DNA of 64,000 nt, from contig CANJBY010000006.1 of NCBI GenBank assembly GCA_947472735.1, forward strand, positions 14,803 to 78,802, in the 5' to 3' direction. This document shows, piece after piece, positions 53,271-64,000 of this stretch. Numbering within the stretch: position 1 is the first letter of the stretch; each line of letters opens with the position of its first letter. This stretch comes from Sphingomonadaceae bacterium. Lineage in GTDB: Bacteria > Pseudomonadota > Alphaproteobacteria > Sphingomonadales > Sphingomonadaceae. The position numbers and the translations under genes are program-made. Under the pieces are notes generated by a model. It saw nothing but the letters and a program-made list of their open reading frames with translations. It did no database searches and was not told the DNA's origin.

Positions 53271-53543
53271 TTAGTTGACCGAGTCCTTCAGGCCCTTGCC
53301 GGCCTTGAACTTCGGCTGGGAGGAGGCCTTGATCTTCATCGGCTCACCCGTACGGGGGTTACGACCGGTCGAAGCCTTGCGCTTGGCTACCGAGAAAGTG
53401 CCGAAGCCGACGAGGCGAACTTCGTCGCCGCTCTTGAGCGCGCCGGTGATGGATTCGAAAACGCCCTCAACCGCCTTGGTCGCGTCGCTCTTGGTCAGAC
53501 CGCTGGCGTCCGCAACGGCGCCGATCAGTTCATTTTTGTTCAT
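53271..53543 (-). CDS. hupB: HU family DNA-binding protein
   Basis: ORF of 90 aa: MNKNELIGAVADASGLTKSDATKAVEGVFESITGALKSGDEVRLVGFGTFSVAKRKASTGRNPRTGEPMKI. Confidence 0.95.
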   Translation of the reverse strand: MNKNELIGAVADASGLTKSDATKAVEGVFESITGALKSGDEVRLVGFGTFSVAKRKASTGRNPRTGEPMKIKASSQPKFKAGKGLKDSVN

Positions 53544-53775
53544 TTCGGGAACCCCCTACCTTGGAAGTGGATTGATGAATTTTTGAGTCGCCTCTCGGGT
53601 GGAGGGAATTGAGCGATTTTTGTTGGTGGTGTCAAAGCGAAATGCGGCCTTCAGGGCCCAATTATCCCCGTTTTTCCGCCATTTTGGACCGTCAGCACGT
53701 CAAGTCGCTACCTTGACTCGGTGCGACTGCCACATCGCACCCCACCGCGCAGTGATTCGGGTCAGCCAGAAGCGC

Positions 53776-56184
<2,409 letters not shown>

Positions 56185-56369
56185 CCATTATAGCGCCAAT
56201 CGGCGCCCGCCGGGCGATTCCGGCGCTTGATGGCGAATATGGGATGCCGGCTCGCCGCGCGCAATGGGACAAAGGCCTAGGTTTGTGGATGGGTCAACTT
56301 CCTGCCGCTTCGGGCAATTGACTAAAGCTGTTAAGGCTTCACCTTCTCGTCCGATTGGGGGAGTTCGGC

Positions 56370-57953
56370 ATGGTGAGACATATCTGGTCGGTCGTGGGGA
56401 TCGTCGCGTTGCTCGGAACCCCGATATCGGCGCAGGTGAGGCCGGCCGACCAGCCTCCTTCCGCAGCGCCCGAAATGGTCCATGCCGATCACGCCGCGGC
56501 CGCAATGACGCAGCCCGACCGCCCCGTGATCCTGTCAGGCTATGGCAACGGCGGCTTCACCATTACCACCACAGTGCCCGAGGCGCAGGCCTACTTCACC
56601 AACGGCGCGGTGTTGGGCGCGGCTTTTGCGCACAAGGCCTCGGTCGCGGCGATGGCGGAAGCGGCGCGACTCGATCCGGCCTGCGCCATGTGCCTGTGGG
56701 GCCAGGCCTGGCTGGATGGTCCGACGCTTAACTATGGCAAGGACAAGGATGAGCGAAAGCCCCTGCTGGCGCTGCTGCGCAAGGCCCGTCCCCTCGCCCT
56801 CGCCGCCGGCACCGAACGCGAACTTGCGCTGATCGACGCGATGACCTTGCGCTATCTCCCGGGCAAGACCAGCAAGCGCGATGCGGCCTACAGTACTGCG
56901 ATGCGGGCCCTTGCCTCGCGCTATCCCGAGGACGACACGATCCAGGTGATGGCCGCTGACGCGATCCTGATCGCGGTCAACAAGGAAGAGGAATACCCCG
57001 CCGCCGGCCAGGCCGCGATGGCCTTGCTCGAGCGCGTGCTTGCCCGCAGCCCGAACAGCACCCCGGCGATCCACTTCTATATCCACGCGACGGAGATCGC
57101 CGGGCAAGGCGCCAAGGCCGAACCCTATGCCGACCGGCTCGCCGCCCTCGCTCCCGCCGCCAGTCATCTGATCCACATGCCCTCGCACACCTGGTACTGG
57201 GTCGGCCGCTATCAGGACGCCGCCGATGCCAACATGCAGGCCGTGGTCGTCGACGAGGGCAACGCGGCGCGGCTCGGCCACTCCGGGCATCAGGGCGTGT
57301 TCAGCCTGCCTTACCATTCACACAACGTGATCTTCGGCCTCGGCGGCGCGATGATGGCGCGCGACGGCAAGACCGCGCTGACCCTCGCCCGTCCGCTGGT
57401 CGAAGTGACGCAGGCCCGGGCTGAGGCGCATCCGGTGATGCAACTGCTCTCGGCTGCCGGGTACTTTGCGCTGGCGCGGTTCGATGCGCCCGAGGCGGTG
57501 CTAGCCCTGCCCGAACCCAAGTTACCCTACCTCGCCGCCGCACGGCACTATGCCCGGGGCGAGGTCTACGCCGCGAGGGGCGACAAGGCCGCGCTCGCTG
57601 CGGAACTGGCCGCCATCCCGCGACGCGTCGCCAAGAAGCCCAACGACGACACCCGCGCCGCCGAACAGATGCTCGGCATCACCCGCGCCGTGCTGCAAGG
57701 GCGGCTGGCCATGCTGGAAGGCAAGCCCGCCGATGCGGTTGCTGCCTACCGCCACGGCGCGGAACTGGAGGAAACCCCGGACTTCTCCCGCTTCACCGAC
57801 CCGCCCGCCTTCTGGTACCCCGTCCGCCGCGATCTCGCGGCGGCTTTGTTAACGCTGGGGGACAAGGCGGGGGCGCTGCGCGAGGCAGAAGCAACGCTGA
57901 AGTTGCGGCCGAAGGATCCGGTCACTTTGGAGCTGGTTGCGGGGGCGACGTAG
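56370..57953 (+). CDS. hypothetical secreted protein with TPR-like repeats
   Basis: ORF 56355..57953 with ATG at 56370 after GGGGGAG. It has a signal peptide (MVRHIWSVVGIVALLGTPISAQ) and an Ala/Leu-rich helical repeat body. There is no catalytic motif I can name. Confidence 0.55.
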   Translation: MVRHIWSVVGIVALLGTPISAQVRPADQPPSAAPEMVHADHAAAAMTQPDRPVILSGYGNGGFTITTTVPEAQAYFTNGAVLGAAFAHKASVAAMAEAARLDPACAMCLWGQAWLDGPTLNYGKDKDERKPLLALLRKARPLALAAGTERELALIDAMTLRYLPGKTSKRDAAYSTAMRALASRYPEDDTIQVMAADAILIAVNKEEEYPAAGQAAMALLERVLARSPNSTPAIHFYIHATEIAGQGAKAEPYADRLAALAPAASHLIHMPSHTWYWVGRYQDAADANMQAVVVDEGNAARLGHSGHQGVFSLPYHSHNVIFGLGGAMMARDGKTALTLARPLVEVTQARAEAHPVMQLLSAAGYFALARFDAPEAVLALPEPKLPYLAAARHYARGEVYAARGDKAALAAELAAIPRRVAKKPNDDTRAAEQMLGITRAVLQGRLAMLEGKPADAVAAYRHGAELEETPDFSRFTDPPAFWYPVRRDLAAALLTLGDKAGALREAEATLKLRPKDPVTLELVAGAT

Positions 57954-57956
57954 CCC

Positions 57957-58298
57957 TCACCCCAGCCCGGGAAAGTTGAACCCCGGTGGCAGGCCCATGC
58001 CTTGTTGCGCCTTGGCCATTTCCGCGCCTGCCACTTCATCTGCCTTGGTGCGGGCATCGTTGAAGGCGGCTGCAATCAGGTCTTCGAGCATCTGTTTGTC
58101 CGCCGGGACGATCAGGCCATCGTCGATGGCAACGCCGATCACCCGGCCTTTGGCGGAGCAGCGGATCTTCACCAGCCCGCCGCCGGCGGCACCTTCGACT
58201 TCGATCGAGTCAAGCTTGGCCTGAGTTTCGGTCATCTGCTTCTGGATGGTCTCGGCGGCCTGCTGGGCGGCCTTGAGCATCTCTTCCATCGACTTCAT
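57957..58298 (-). CDS. ybaB: YbaB/EbfC family nucleoid-associated protein
   Basis: ORF of 113 aa; MKSMEEMLKAAQQAAETIQKQMTETQAKLDSIEVEGAAGGGLVKI matches the YbaB family. It lies immediately downstream of dnaX, as usual, with an ATGA overlap. Confidence 0.95.
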   Translation of the reverse strand: MKSMEEMLKAAQQAAETIQKQMTETQAKLDSIEVEGAAGGGLVKIRCSAKGRVIGVAIDDGLIVPADKQMLEDLIAAAFNDARTKADEVAGAEMAKAQQGMGLPPGFNFPGLG

Positions 58299-60052
58299 CG
58301 TTGCTGTCTCCAGTTACGTTCGCCACCGTCATCGATGACGAATTCGGCTTGGGGGAAAGCCGCAAGGGTAGCCTCAACCAGCGGGGAGCGGCGCAGCGCC
58401 GCTTCCTCCGCCGCCTTGGCCATTTCGGAAATCTCGCGCAGGCTGGGCTGGCCCTCGCCCACGCCGGGCATCACTTCCCAGCGCGTGCCGGTCACATCGC
58501 TCAGCGCCGCACGGATTTCTGCTGAGGGATCGCCTGAATAACCCGGCGCCAGCGCATAGCTGAGCGAGCCCGGGCTGAGCGCAATCACCCGCACCCAGTC
58601 ACGCATGATTTGCGCAACGCGGAGTTGCCCCGCTTGATCGACTTGCTCGACCAGTGCTGCCCAACCAGGCCCAGCCGCGACCGGGGCGGCGGCGCGTTGG
58701 CCGCCTGCTTCAGTCTGTGTCGGAGCTAAAGGGCGGGAGGAAAGCTCCTCCAGCTTTTTCACGAGCGTGCCGGGATCGGGCAGATCGCTGGCATGCATAA
58801 CCCGCAGCAGCGCCATTTGGGCGGCGACGAGCGGATCTGGCGCGAGCCGGACCTCGTCGTAGCCCTTCATCAGCAGTTGCCACAGCCGGTGCAATTGCCC
58901 GGGCGAAAGCGCCCCGGCCCACTCTTCGATCGCGGCCCGCTCTTCAGCGGAAATCGCCCCATCATCCTGCTTGCCGAGTTGGGCCACGGTAACCCGGTGG
59001 CACAACTCCATCGTTCCACGCAGCAACGCCAGTGGCTCCACCCCGTGAGCGTACTGAGTGTCGACCAAAGTCAGCAGCGCCGCACCGTCTCCGCCAAGCA
59101 GCGCCCCGAAAAGCTTGCGCCGTGCCGATTTGTCAGCAAGCCCGAGCATCTCCTGGACTTGCGCCGCACTGATTTTGCCATCACCGCCGAGATCGGCGTG
59201 AGCGCTGGCCTGATCGAGAATCGATAGCCCGTCGCGAACCGATCCTTCGGCCGCAGCGGCGATCATCGCCAGCGCCTCGGGCTCGGCGTCGACGCCTTCC
59301 TTCTCGCAAATGCGCCCGTAGTGTTCGCTTAGCAGGCCGGCGGGAATGCGCTTCAGGTCGAACCGCTGACAGCGGCTCAACACCGTCACCGGCAGCTTGT
59401 CCACTTCTGTGGTGGCGAACAGGAATTTCACATGCGGCGGCGGCTCTTCCAGCGTCTTGAGCAGCGCATTGAAGGCGTTGCGGCTGAGCATGTGGACTTC
59501 GTCGATGATGTAGATCTTGTAGCGGGCCGAGACCGAGGCATAGCGTACCGCCTCGATGATTTCGCGCACATCATCGACGCCGGTGTGGCTGGCGGCGTCC
59601 ATCTCGATCACGTCGATGTGCCGGCCCTCGGCAATGGCGATGCAGGGTTCGCACTGCCCACAAGGGTCGATTGTCGGCCCGCCCTTGCCGTCTGGTCCGA
59701 TGCAGTTGAGCGCCTTGGCGATCAACCGCGCGGTCGAGGTTTTGCCGACCCCGCGGATACCCGTCATCAGGAAGGCATGAGCCAGCCGGTCACGCTTGAT
59801 TGCGTTAGCCAGCGTCTGGACCATCGCATCCTGCCCGATCAGCTCGGCAAAAGTCTGCGAACGGTATTTGCGCGCCAGGACCCGGTAAGGCTGCGCGGTA
59901 GCGGCGGAAACGACGGGCGCGGGGGGCGGTGGAGCAGCGGCCGGCGGCGGTCCACCAAACATGGAACTTTGACCGGCCGCCTCGAGCTCCGCCGCGGAGG
60001 GGCCTTCCTCCTCCTCGGGCTCGTCGCCAAAAATGTCCGGTGAATCGTCCAT
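58295..60052 (-). CDS. dnaX: DNA polymerase III subunits gamma/tau
   Basis: ORF of 585 aa with Walker A GIRGVGKTSTARL, a zinc module CGQCEPC and the DEVHMLS box. Confidence 0.95.
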   Translation of the reverse strand: MDDSPDIFGDEPEEEEGPSAAELEAAGQSSMFGGPPPAAAPPPPAPVVSAATAQPYRVLARKYRSQTFAELIGQDAMVQTLANAIKRDRLAHAFLMTGIRGVGKTSTARLIAKALNCIGPDGKGGPTIDPCGQCEPCIAIAEGRHIDVIEMDAASHTGVDDVREIIEAVRYASVSARYKIYIIDEVHMLSRNAFNALLKTLEEPPPHVKFLFATTEVDKLPVTVLSRCQRFDLKRIPAGLLSEHYGRICEKEGVDAEPEALAMIAAAAEGSVRDGLSILDQASAHADLGGDGKISAAQVQEMLGLADKSARRKLFGALLGGDGAALLTLVDTQYAHGVEPLALLRGTMELCHRVTVAQLGKQDDGAISAEERAAIEEWAGALSPGQLHRLWQLLMKGYDEVRLAPDPLVAAQMALLRVMHASDLPDPGTLVKKLEELSSRPLAPTQTEAGGQRAAAPVAAGPGWAALVEQVDQAGQLRVAQIMRDWVRVIALSPGSLSYALAPGYSGDPSAEIRAALSDVTGTRWEVMPGVGEGQPSLREISEMAKAAEEAALRRSPLVEATLAAFPQAEFVIDDGGERNWRQQR

Positions 60053-60096
60053 CGCGCTCTAGTTAGGCCGTGGCACGCGCTTTGTCAGGAGAAAAG

Positions 60097-60185
60097 GAGC
60101 CGGCCGACCCGCCGCAACCCGTTGTGGCTGCTTCCTTCCGGACCTGACCAGGTTGGCGGATGCAAGCGTCCGACCGACTCCCGGG
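60097..60185 (-). ncRNA. ffs: signal recognition particle RNA (4.5S, ffs); boundaries approximate
   Basis: The minus strand contains the conserved domain IV sequence GGUCAGGUCCGGAAGGAAGCAGCC (complement of 60126..60149). It sits inside a long imperfect hairpin: 5-prime GAGUCGGUCGGAC pairs with 3-prime GGGUCGGCCGGCUC. The location upstream of dnaX is common in bacteria. Confidence 0.75.
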
Positions 60186-60242
60186 CGGGCATATGGCTGC
60201 GGTGCGCCAGTTTGGCAAGGGCGCTGCGGTGCTGCGTGAGAC

Positions 60243-60521
60243 TCAGCGAAAGTTGTCGGAGTATGCCTGAAGCTTCAGCCGGCGTGGCGGCGTTGACTGG
60301 ACGTGGGCATCGATACCGTGCTTGCGGGCATAAGCCTGCGCATCATCGCAGCTGGCGAACTTCAGCACCACTTGCGCCTGGGTATCGCCGGAGCCGGTCC
60401 AGCCCATCAGGGGATCCGGACGTCGGGCCTCGGCCGAGACGAATTCGAGAATCCAATCGTCCATCAGGGCCTTGCCCGACTGCATGGCGTTTTTGGGGCG
60501 CTGGAAGATGCGTGCGGTCAT
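60243..60521 (-). CDS. ETC complex I subunit conserved-region protein (NDUFS4-like)
   Basis: ORF of 92 aa, MTARIFQRPKNAMQSGKA...DPLMGWTGSGDTQAQVVLKFASCDDAQAYARKHGI. It matches the small alphaproteobacterial homologs of the mitochondrial 18-kDa complex I subunit. Confidence 0.85.
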   Translation of the reverse strand: MTARIFQRPKNAMQSGKALMDDWILEFVSAEARRPDPLMGWTGSGDTQAQVVLKFASCDDAQAYARKHGIDAHVQSTPPRRLKLQAYSDNFR

Positions 60522-60552
60522 GGCCGCGCTTTTCTCCTATTCGCGCCGGGAA

Positions 60553-63003
60553 TCAAGTGCGCTTTGCCGCTGCGAAGGCATTTTTCGTCTTTAGGCTCGG
60601 ATCTTCGGTCCAGGGTTCGTCCGGCCAGCGGTGCCGGGGATACCGGCCTTTCATTTCGCGCTGCACATCTTTCCACGAACCGCGCCAGAAACCCGGCAGG
60701 TCGCGGGTGGATTGCACCGGCTTGCCGCCCGGCGACGTAAGCTTGAGCAGCAGGGGTTGCGGAGGCTGCCCGAAGGTCGGGTGGCGATCGAGCCCGAACA
60801 GCGCCTGCACGCGCACCTCGACGCTCGGCCCGGCCTCGTCCTCATAGTCGATCGCGTGGTGCGTGCCGGCCGGACTGACAAATTCCGGCGGGGCAAGGCG
60901 CTCGAGCGCGGACTTGGCCTCCCAGTCCAGCCGGCCCTGCACCGCATTGTGCAAGGCGCCGAGATCAAGCGCATCGAGCCGGCGGGTAAGCAGAGGCCCA
61001 AGCCAGTCCTCCAGCCCGTCGAGCAATGCCGCTTCGCCAAGTGCTGCAATCCCGGCAAAGCGGGCGCGTTTGAGCAAGGCGTGGCTGGCTTTGCCGAACG
61101 GCACCAGCGCCAGCCCCTCCTCGCGGACGCGGGCGATCAGGAATGCTGCAATCGCAGACGGAGCGGGCGCGGGATCAGGACCGCGTGCCACGATGATCGC
61201 GCCCAGCCGCTGTTCAAGCAAGGCTTCGACCCTGCGCTCGGCAGCGATCCAGCGCAGAGTGGAGCGCCGTTCGATCCGGTGAGCGAGGTGGTTCAGAACT
61301 TCGGCTTCGGTCAGCGCGATCGCGCCAGTGATACGTGCGCCCTTGGCATCGCCCTGCGCATCTCCCACGGCAAGCCATTCCGCCCGGGCCAAGGGGGATA
61401 CCGGATCGAGCCGCAGCCCCCTGCCCCCGACAGCTAGCCAGTGCTCCCCCGCTGCGTCGCGGCGCTTTGCCAGCATGTCCGGATAGCCCTCAGCCAGCAG
61501 GACGCCAGGCGGCGGCTCATCAGACTTGCCGCCGCGGCCTGCCAATTCGCTGGCACGGTTTGCCCAGCGGTGTGCCAACTGCCGCGATGCCTCGGCCCGG
61601 GCGGAACGGTCTGAATTCCAGCGCTCTAGCCGCGCCGTCAGGTCCTCGCCGCGCCCGCCCAGCCCGCGTTCCTGCAGCAGCAGGGCGAGCTTGGCCGCAT
61701 TGGCGGCCGCGCCATGCTGCGCAGCATAAAGCAGCATGTGCGCTTGACGCGGCTCCATCGGCAGGGCCGCCATGCTGCGCCCCTGCTGCGTGATCCGACC
61801 TGCTGGATCCAGTGCACCAATTGAAACCAGCAGCGCAGATGCTGCGCTCATTGCTGCACCCGGCGGCGGATCGATCCAGGCCAGAGTCGCTGGATCAGCC
61901 ACGCCCCATTGCGCCAGGGTCAGCGCAAGCGGAGCGAGGTCTGAGGTCAGCATCTCCGGCGGATCGAATGGTGCGCGGCCGGAATGCGCCGCCTCTTCCC
62001 ACAGCCGGTAAGCCACCCCCGGCCCCTGCCGCGCGGCGCGCCCCGCGCGTTGTGCTGCTGCAGCCTGCGAGGCGCGGTGCGTGACCAGCCGGGTGACACC
62101 CGCCGCCTTGTCAAACTCCGCCCGGCGCGACAGTCCGGCATCGACCACCACAGAAACGCCATCGAGCGTCAGCGAGGTCTCCGCGATGGCAGTGGCCAGC
62201 ACGACCCGGCGCCGGCCCTGAGCATCCTGGCGGATAGCGGTGCGCTGCGCTGCTGGCTCGCACTGGCCGTGCAGCGGGAGGACCAGAGCATCGGGCAGTC
62301 GCCCCGCCAGTCGCTCACGCACGCGCTCGATTTCGCCAACACCGGGGAGGAAAGCGAGGATATCGCCGGTCTGTTCGCGCCAGGCGGTGAGGACCGCGGA
62401 AGTCATCGCGTCTTCCATCCGCAACTCGGGCCGGGCACCCAGCCAGCGTATCTCCAGCGGGAACGCCTTGCCCTCGCTTTCGATCACCGGCCCCTGACCG
62501 AGCAGTCCGGCAAAGCGCGTGCCGTCGATCGTTGCCGACATCACCACCAACCGCAGGTCGTCGCGCAAGACCTGCGCGGTTTCCACCGCCAGCGCGAGGC
62601 CCAGGTCGGAATCGAGATGCCGTTCATGCGCCTCGTCAAACAGCACGGCGGAAATGCCGGCCAGTTCCGGATCGCCGAGGATGGTCGAGACGAAGATAGC
62701 CTCGGTCATGACCAGAATGCGGGTGCGGGAAGAGCGCTTGCTATCAAGCCGGGTGAGATAGCCGACCGTGTCCCCCGGTTTTTCACCGAGCAGTTCCGCC
62801 ATCCGCTCCGCTGCAGCCCGCGCCGCGACCCGGCGGGGGGACAGCAGGATCACGCTGCCGCCGCACCATTCCTCAGCCAACAGCGCTGGCGCAACGGCCG
62901 TTGTCTTGCCTGCTCCCGGTGGAGCAATCAGGACGGCCGAAGACCGCTCGCGCAAAGCGGCCAGCAGCTCGGGCAGTACAGCATGGATCGGCAGCGAATT
63001 CAC
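60553..63003 (-). CDS. hrpB: ATP-dependent RNA helicase HrpB (DEAH box)
   Basis: ORF of 816 aa with Walker A APPGAGKTT, the DEAH box FDEAHER and the C-terminal HrpB-specific domain. Confidence 0.9.
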   Translation of the reverse strand: MNSLPIHAVLPELLAALRERSSAVLIAPPGAGKTTAVAPALLAEEWCGGSVILLSPRRVAARAAAERMAELLGEKPGDTVGYLTRLDSKRSSRTRILVMTEAIFVSTILGDPELAGISAVLFDEAHERHLDSDLGLALAVETAQVLRDDLRLVVMSATIDGTRFAGLLGQGPVIESEGKAFPLEIRWLGARPELRMEDAMTSAVLTAWREQTGDILAFLPGVGEIERVRERLAGRLPDALVLPLHGQCEPAAQRTAIRQDAQGRRRVVLATAIAETSLTLDGVSVVVDAGLSRRAEFDKAAGVTRLVTHRASQAAAAQRAGRAARQGPGVAYRLWEEAAHSGRAPFDPPEMLTSDLAPLALTLAQWGVADPATLAWIDPPPGAAMSAASALLVSIGALDPAGRITQQGRSMAALPMEPRQAHMLLYAAQHGAAANAAKLALLLQERGLGGRGEDLTARLERWNSDRSARAEASRQLAHRWANRASELAGRGGKSDEPPPGVLLAEGYPDMLAKRRDAAGEHWLAVGGRGLRLDPVSPLARAEWLAVGDAQGDAKGARITGAIALTEAEVLNHLAHRIERRSTLRWIAAERRVEALLEQRLGAIIVARGPDPAPAPSAIAAFLIARVREEGLALVPFGKASHALLKRARFAGIAALGEAALLDGLEDWLGPLLTRRLDALDLGALHNAVQGRLDWEAKSALERLAPPEFVSPAGTHHAIDYEDEAGPSVEVRVQALFGLDRHPTFGQPPQPLLLKLTSPGGKPVQSTRDLPGFWRGSWKDVQREMKGRYPRHRWPDEPWTEDPSLKTKNAFAAAKRT

Positions 63004-63048
63004 CGCTCCCTCATAGTTGCTCTATCACAGGAAGGAAGCGCCCCTGGG

Positions 63049-64000
63049 TCAGCCCATCGGGTACATGATCTCCCTGGAGACGGCATCGATCGCCTTGAGC
63101 ACGTCGGGCGGCAAGATCAGATCACTGGCGGCAAATATTTCGTCCAGCTGGTTCTCCCCGCTGACCCCGACGATGGTCGAGGCGACGAAATCGTGCTGCT
63201 TTGACCAGGCGACTGCCATGGTCACCGGCCTCATCCCCGCGGCCTGCGCAATCTCGCCATAGCGGACCGCCGACGCCACGGACTTCTCGTTGACGAAGCG
63301 CTTTGCCATCACTTCCTGGCGTTCACCCATCTCGAAGTAGCGGGTGAACCGGGTGCCCTCGGGCCGCGCCCCGGCGCTGTATTTGCCGCTGAGCACGCCG
63401 CCCGCAATCGGCGAGTAGGGCAGCAGGCTTACCCCTTCCTTGCGGCAGACCTGCGCCAGTTCATCTTCGAAACGGCGGTTGTTGAGGCTGAAATTGTTCT
63501 GGATCGTATGATAGCGCGCCGTGCCGAGCCGTTCGGCCGTGGCAAGCGACTTCATCAGCCCCCAGGAAGTCTCGTTGGAACAGCCGATAACGCGAATCTT
63601 GCCCTCGCGGACCAGCTCGTCGAGCACTTCCATTGTTTCGTCATAGGCGATCTCGTGGTCGGCCCAATGGGTCTGGTAGAGATCGATATAGTCGGTTCCC
63701 ATGCGCGACAGGCTGTCCTCGACTGCGGCAACGATGTTGCGCCGATCGAGCGCCGTCATGCCGGAGCGCTTGGGCGAGCGGAACCAGCCATGGCTCGGGC
63801 CGGCCACCTTGGTGGCGATCAGTACCGCTTCGCGCGGCTTGGTCTTGAGCCACTTGCCAACGATCTCCTCACTCCGCCCGACCCACTTCGGATCGGGCGG
63901 AACGGGATAACCTTCAGCGGTGTCGTAGAAGTCGATGCCTTCATCAAAGCTGCGGTCGAGAATCCGGAGCGAAGTGGCCTCATCCACCTGGCTGCCGAAG
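63049..64000 (-). CDS. aldo/keto reductase (Tas-like NADP-dependent oxidoreductase); the N-terminus runs off the right edge
   Basis: ORF 63049..63987, with the frame staying open to the window end (FGSQVDEATSLRILDRSFDEGIDFYDTAEGYPVPP). AKR blocks DLYQTHW and the C-terminal GVSGENQLDE are present. Confidence 0.85.
   Translation of the reverse strand, partial: FGSQVDEATSLRILDRSFDEGIDFYDTAEGYPVPPDPKWVGRSEEIVGKWLKTKPREAVLIATKVAGPSHGWFRSPKRSGMTALDRRNIVAAVEDSLSRMGTDYIDLYQTHWADHEIAYDETMEVLDELVREGKIRVIGCSNETSWGLMKSLATAERLGTARYHTIQNNFSLNNRRFEDELAQVCRKEGVSLLPYSPIAGGVLSGKYSAGARPEGTRFTRYFEMGERQEVMAKRFVNEKSVASAVRYGEIAQAAGMRPVTMAVAWSKQHDFVASTIVGVSGENQLDEIFAASDLILPPDVLKAIDAVSREIMYPMG

Noticed and set aside
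53719-53741. The hairpin GGTGCGA-ctgccaca-TCGCACC downstream of lon as an intrinsic terminator.
   Set aside because: No U-run follows it on the lon strand. It is too weak to call.
56185-56369. A sigma-32 heat-shock promoter upstream of lon.
   Set aside because: A CCCATATT-like element is present on the lon strand, but I found no correctly spaced CTTG-type -35 element. It is not supportable by eye.
58295-60052. A programmed -1 frameshift site in dnaX.
   Set aside because: I found no A AAA AAG heptamer on the coding strand. The closest is G AAA AAG in GTGAAAAAGCTG (near 58750), which is not a canonical slippery site. Alphaproteobacteria are not known to use dnaX frameshifting.

Overview
This is a high-GC alphaproteobacterial chromosomal segment, almost entirely core genome. 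All calls come from reading translations and motifs by eye; no searches were run. Gene content and order suggest Sphingomonadales: class I LysRS, an orphan crtZ, and bamA-skp-fabZ with no lpx genes in between.

I call about 60 protein genes:
- Left part: an acyl-CoA dehydrogenase fragment, an IclR regulator, crtZ, ettA, cytochrome b561, an MIP channel, an MFS transporter, lysK, a DinG-like helicase, pgi, lepB-rnc-era, topA, dprA, plsY, murI, an aminotransferase and kup.
- Middle: a contiguous ccmCDEFGHI cytochrome c maturation operon.
- Right part: the conserved rpsB-tsf-pyrH-frr-uppS-cdsA-dxr-rseP-bamA-skp-fabZ block, rpmE, pssA-psd, rlmB, hupB, lon, ybaB-dnaX, hrpB and an aldo/keto reductase fragment.

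RNA genes are tRNA-His(GTG), tRNA-Tyr(GTA) and an SRP 4.5S RNA upstream of dnaX. I saw no rRNA, CRISPR array, transposase, integrase or prophage signature.

The most unusual observation lies between 3.7 and 9.1 kb. Three plus-strand genes for predicted secreted proteins each carry a single in-frame stop shortly before the conserved domain:
- an RcnB-family protein, with TGA at 4360;
- an S41 peptidase-like protein, with TAG at 5640;
- a DUF885 protein, with TAA at 7417.

Two of these flank a 2OG-Fe(II) oxygenase, and the three form a start/stop-overlapping module. No other gene in the window appears broken. Whether this reflects pseudogenisation, clustered mutation, sequence error or readthrough cannot be decided from the sequence alone.

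Lesser observations:
- an unlisted 59-aa ORF with a strong RBS between era and topA;
- a second paralogous 2OG oxygenase next to a PilZ gene;
- five convergent gene pairs sharing 4-nt overlapping stop codons;
- a lysine-rich topA tail.
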